DNA from: Wolbachia endosymbiont of Drosophila innubila
GTDB lineage: Bacteria; Pseudomonadota; Alphaproteobacteria; Rickettsiales; Anaplasmataceae
Length of the DNA stretch: 32,000 nt
Reading direction: 5' to 3'
Assembly: GCF_021378375.1 (NCBI RefSeq)
Contig: NZ_CP076228.1
Location: 1 to 32,000 of the forward strand
The position numbers and the translations under genes are program-made. The notes below the pieces were generated by a model. That model was not told where the DNA came from. It saw only the letters and a program-made list of their open reading frames with translations, and searched no databases. Below are positions 18,928 through 32,000 of this stretch, one piece after another. The number at the start of each line of letters is the position of its first letter. The stretch's first letter is position 1.

Positions 18928-19581
18928 ATGAATACATATAATGATAATCCTAAGCAGTGTTTGAAGAAGATTGTTGAGTCTGCTTCAGCAAGATTTAATG
19001 AATCAGTTGATATTGCGGTCAATTTAGGCGTAGATTCACGTAAATCTGAAGAGCAGGTGCGTGGTACAGTAGTTTTGCCTAAAGGTATCGGGAAGAATAT
19101 TAAAGTAGCTGTTTTCGCTCAAGATAAACATTTATTAGAAGCTGAAAAAGCTGGTGCTGATATTGCAGGAGGAGAGGATTTAGTTGAAGAAATAAAAAAA
19201 GGTAGAAAGTTAGATGTTGATTGGTGCATTACTACTCCTGATTTTATGGCAAAAATCACTCCTATTGCAAAAGTATTGGGTGCTAAAGGGCTGATGCCTA
19301 ACCCTAAATTTGGTACTGTGACTTCTAACATTGCAGAAGCTATTAAAACCATTAAGTCTGGTCAGGTAAAATTTAGAACAGATAAAAATGGTGTTATTCA
19401 TGGTAAATTAGGAAATATTAAATTTGATATTGATGACTTGCTAGAAAATTTAAAAGCCTTTCTTAAAGTAATTAAAGATAATAAACCTATTTCTGCGAAA
19501 GGAATTTACTTTAAGGGTGTTTTTTTAAATTCAACTATGGGTAAAGCTTATAAGATAGGCAAAGTGGAAGATATAATTTAA
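18928..19581 (+). CDS. rplA: 50S ribosomal protein L1
   Basis: 217 aa; [40 protein letters not shown]. Confidence 0.97.
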   Translation: MNTYNDNPKQCLKKIVESASARFNESVDIAVNLGVDSRKSEEQVRGTVVLPKGIGKNIKVAVFAQDKHLLEAEKAGADIAGGEDLVEEIKKGRKLDVDWCITTPDFMAKITPIAKVLGAKGLMPNPKFGTVTSNIAEAIKTIKSGQVKFRTDKNGVIHGKLGNIKFDIDDLLENLKAFLKVIKDNKPISAKGIYFKGVFLNSTMGKAYKIGKVEDII

Positions 19582-19593
19582 GGGAGTGATACC

Positions 19594-20540
<947 letters not shown>

Positions 20541-20580
20541 TATTTAATGTATTAATTTTATATTGATATAGCTCTTTTAA

Positions 20581-29112
<8,532 letters not shown>

Positions 29113-29118
29113 GTACAG

Positions 29119-30081
29119 CTAGTGTGTCTCTTGACCAAAAAAGCCAATAATATTTTCTTTCACTTCTGTGCTATCTGTCATGTTATTTACTCTCACACGA
29201 AATTCAGATGAGCCTTGAAGCCCGCTACTGTACCAACCTATGTGTTTGCGGGCCATCTTTATTCCTGTGTCATTTCCATAGTACTCAAGAATATTGTCGT
29301 AATGCTCGAGTATGATGCTTAATCTCTCTGAAGCTGTTGGCTCAGAAGTTTCACTTCCACTGAGAAAGTTCATTGCTTGATTAATCAGCCAAGGTTTACC
29401 GTAGGCACCACGACCTATCATCACTCCGTCTGCTCCAGATTCTTTGAGAGCATTCTGAATATCATTTAAATTTTTAATATCGCCATTTACTATAACTGGA
29501 ATTTTCACTTGCTCTTTAACATTTCTAACGAATTTCCAATCTGCTTGACCATTATAAAGCTGCGCTCTTGTTCTTCCATGCACAGTGATCATTTTTGCTC
29601 CTAAGTCTTCGGCAATTTTCGCAAGTCTCGGGGCATTGCGATTTTCATCGTTCCATCCAGTGCGCATTTTCACCGTAACTGGCATATTCACTGCTTTGAC
29701 CACAGCTTCAATTATCTCAGCGGCTTTTTTCTCATCACGCATTAGCGCTGATCCTGCATAACCGTTTACAACTTTTTTAACAGGGCAACCAAAGTTTATG
29801 TCTATAATTTTTGCTCCCATGTCCTCGTTTAATTTTGCAGCCTCCGCCATAACATCTGGCTCACACCCAGCAAGCTGCACAGCAGTTAATGCATCGACTT
29901 TTGCTTTTTGCAAACTCTGGCGAGTTTGCATAATCATAGCTCTGCTTGCGATCATCTCTGAAACTAACAAACTTGCACCAAGTTTCTTCACAATACTTCT
30001 AAACGGATAATCAGTCACTCCAGACATTGGAGCTAAAATAACTGGAGAATCAATTGTCAAATTTCCTATTTGGAGGGGCAT
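29119..30081 (-). CDS. dusB: tRNA-dihydrouridine synthase (DusB-like)
   Basis: 320 aa; ILAPMSGVTDYPFR, IDINFGCPVKKVV, GYAGSALM, ITVHGRTRAQLY, GVMIGRGAYGKPWL. Confidence 0.9.
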   Translation of the reverse strand: MPLQIGNLTIDSPVILAPMSGVTDYPFRSIVKKLGASLLVSEMIASRAMIMQTRQSLQKAKVDALTAVQLAGCEPDVMAEAAKLNEDMGAKIIDINFGCPVKKVVNGYAGSALMRDEKKAAEIIEAVVKAVNMPVTVKMRTGWNDENRNAPRLAKIAEDLGAKMITVHGRTRAQLYNGQADWKFVRNVKEQVKIPVIVNGDIKNLNDIQNALKESGADGVMIGRGAYGKPWLINQAMNFLSGSETSEPTASERLSIILEHYDNILEYYGNDTGIKMARKHIGWYSSGLQGSSEFRVRVNNMTDSTEVKENIIGFFGQETH

Positions 30082-30106
30082 AAGGTCAATGGTAATTTTT
30101 CATTGA

Positions 30107-31093
30107 TTACATAATGCAACACAAACTTGCATTCTCCCTTGAAATAGAAGACTGAGATGTTTTCGTCCTTGGCGGACGCTTACGATTTCTTAGATCTTCC
30201 TTACATTTCTCATCTTCCATAAGCGCTCTTGTAAATTCTTCTCTTTTCTCATTCAAATCAAATTTATATTCTGATAACTTTTTGTCAATTTCGTCAAATG
30301 ATTTGTCTTCGTTAAGCATTTGTGTAATTTTATGAGCATTTTCTAACGCAAATATTCCACAGTTATACCCGTCACTTTGCTGCTTAGTTGGGGAAATTCT
30401 TATGTCTAATACCCATTCCTCTTTTTGCAGTTCTCTTTTAACAATATTTAGCACATTATCTGGCAATTGATTACCAAATGAGTCACAGTAATAAGCTCTA
30501 AATTTTTTATCACCTGCATCAGGTTTAATAACCAAAATTACCCAATGATTGTTGTTAATATGAAGAACCGAAGTAAATATCAATTTAGAATTTTGTTTTA
30601 ATTCACCTCTATAATTCTGAAGAAATTCTTTTGTGAGTTCGTCCCAACCATTAGAATAGCTAGGAGCAAGAAAATAGACATTATTATTACTATGTTCACT
30701 TTGTGAGTACCCATACACAACTCTTGCAATATGTGTAATGTCATCATCACATAACCAGTAAGCATAATTTCCTCTGTTTGTCTGATGCACAAGAGTGTCC
30801 AAATTTTCATGAAACTCTTTACCACCCAAACCACTATCTTTTGAAGCAATAGAACTTCTGCGACTACTGTTCTCTGAAACAGTTGACCCATCTTCATTAT
30901 CTGGTCCAGGAAAAATACCACTATCCTCATCTGGAGTTTTTTGCTCACCTTGACTTGCTCTTTTTCCATTAATATAACCCTTCGCTAAGTAAAATAAAGG
31001 TTCAACAACCATTTTGTATGCTACTGTAAGAATTGTTCCCATTAAAACCCAAATTACGGGGTTAGAGATGAGCATAGCAAGTGGAAAGGTCAA
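30107..31093 (-). CDS. C48/Ulp1-like (CE-clan) cysteine protease with N-terminal membrane segment; candidate effector
   Basis: 328 aa from a TTG start. Hydrophobic N-terminus LAMLISNPVIWVLMGTILTVAY. Ulp1-like motifs WLCDDDI, NNHWVILVI (His183), YYCDSFG (Asp204), QQSDGYNCGIFALENA (Gln239/Cys245). C-terminus ends ...SLCCIM. Confidence 0.82.
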   Translation of the reverse strand: MTFPLAMLISNPVIWVLMGTILTVAYKMVVEPLFYLAKGYINGKRASQGEQKTPDEDSGIFPGPDNEDGSTVSENSSRRSSIASKDSGLGGKEFHENLDTLVHQTNRGNYAYWLCDDDITHIARVVYGYSQSEHSNNNVYFLAPSYSNGWDELTKEFLQNYRGELKQNSKLIFTSVLHINNNHWVILVIKPDAGDKKFRAYYCDSFGNQLPDNVLNIVKRELQKEEWVLDIRISPTKQQSDGYNCGIFALENAHKITQMLNEDKSFDEIDKKLSEYKFDLNEKREEFTRALMEDEKCKEDLRNRKRPPRTKTSQSSISRENASLCCIM

Positions 31094-31374
31094 TAGAGGG
31101 GATCCTATTACCGCCCCTAAACAGCCAGCAGCGAATGTGGCTGCTAGGCATACACAAGTAGCGTAGATAACGAATTCCTAACCAGCAAAGTAAGTGCTCT
31201 CTTTCTGATTATTTTTTGTAATGCCCAACATACTACACCCTATGAACGCTAAGTTAATTAAATTTAAACAAATTCTAACAAAAAAATCAACCATAATAAT
31301 TTTAGTAGTATGAGAATATATTGAATATTAAGAGCTTTTGGAGTACAGTAACAATGTTAGTAATAGCACAATAT

Positions 31375-32000
31375 ATGCACGATATAGAATATATACGCAA
31401 AAACCCTGAAGGATTTGAAAAGGCAATGAAAAGCAGGGGAATTAGAGAATCTACTGCGGAAGAGATATTAGAAATCGATCACGAGAAAAGATCATTAACC
31501 ACTAAACTGCAGGATTTGAATAGGCAGCGCAATGAAATCACAGAGGAAATAAAAAAGCTTAAAATGAGCAAGAGCCCCTGTGAAGAGCAAATAGAGTTGT
31601 CAAAAAGCATCACAAATGAGATGGAGGCAATCAGCTTAAAAGAACAAGCAGAAAAGGATAAGTTAGTGAATGTTTTATCTAACTTGCCGAATATTCCTGC
31701 GCAAGATGTGCCAATAGGCGCAGATGAGAACTCTAATTTAGAGGTGAGAAGATATGGAGGAAAAAGACAGTTTGATTTTGTACCAGAATCTCATTATGAA
31801 CTCGGAGAAAAATTAGGTTTAATGGACTTCGAACAAGCGGCGAGAATTTCCGGATCAAGATTTACGATATTAAAAGGACAGTTAGCTAAGCTTGGACGAG
31901 CGCTAATAAATTGTATGCTTGAAATGCATGTTAATGAATTTGGCTATACTGAGGTGTACCACCCGGCTTTGGTGAAAAACGAAGCTATGTATAATGTTGG
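31375..32000 (+). CDS. serS: Seryl-tRNA synthetase, 5' portion, continues beyond the window
   Basis: Open frame to the window edge: MHDIEYIRKNPEGFEKAMKSRG ... LDFEQAARISGSRFTILKGQLAKLGRALINCMLEMHVNEFGYTEVYHPALVKNEAMY. An alternative in-frame ATG is at 31354. Missing from the ORF track, probably because the stop is outside the window. Confidence 0.94.
   Translation, partial: MHDIEYIRKNPEGFEKAMKSRGIRESTAEEILEIDHEKRSLTTKLQDLNRQRNEITEEIKKLKMSKSPCEEQIELSKSITNEMEAISLKEQAEKDKLVNVLSNLPNIPAQDVPIGADENSNLEVRRYGGKRQFDFVPESHYELGEKLGLMDFEQAARISGSRFTILKGQLAKLGRALINCMLEMHVNEFGYTEVYHPALVKNEAMYNV

Noticed and set aside
30598-30969. + strand 123 aa ORF opposite the Ulp1-like protease
   Set aside because: The minus-strand frame carries a recognisable protease signature. 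The opposite-strand translation has no recognisable motifs. It is probably a shadow ORF.
30107-31093. cidA-cidB cytoplasmic incompatibility operon
   Set aside because: The protease ORF is far shorter than CidB, and there is no cidA-like ORF beside it. Its neighbours are dus and serS.

Overview
The window looks like a Wolbachia (Anaplasmataceae) chromosome segment that starts exactly at the first base of dnaA. I infer the taxon from the in-frame rpoB-rpoC fusion, the ribA-virB8-virB9-virB10-virB11-virD4-wspB locus, and the gene order and composition. Contents, left to right: dnaA; an exported metallophosphoesterase (-); tRNA-Leu(GAG); a RibA-type GTP cyclohydrolase II with a degenerate RibB-like N-terminus; a type IV secretion cluster (virB8, virB9, virB10, virB11, virD4) followed by a wspB-like outer membrane protein; prmC (-); about 1.1 kb of intergenic DNA rich in palindromes and repeats; rpsL-rpsG-fusA-tuf-tRNA-Trp(CCA)-secE-nusG-rplK-rplA-rplJ-rplL-rpoBC; dus (-); a C48/Ulp1-like cysteine protease ORF (-); and the 5' part of serS. 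I see no clear phage, CRISPR or classical multi-gene defence system. The best second-look items are: (1) the Ulp1-like protease, with an intact His-Asp-Gln-Cys signature, an N-terminal membrane segment and a C-terminal CaaX-like CCIM end; (2) a NusG-like protein with two tandem NGN-like domains before the KOW region; (3) a +1 frameshift in a T7 run in tuf, together with a sharp codon-composition difference from flanking genes; (4) a very acidic VirD4 tail; (5) short palindromic elements around prmC. All calls are from reading the sequence; no database search was run.
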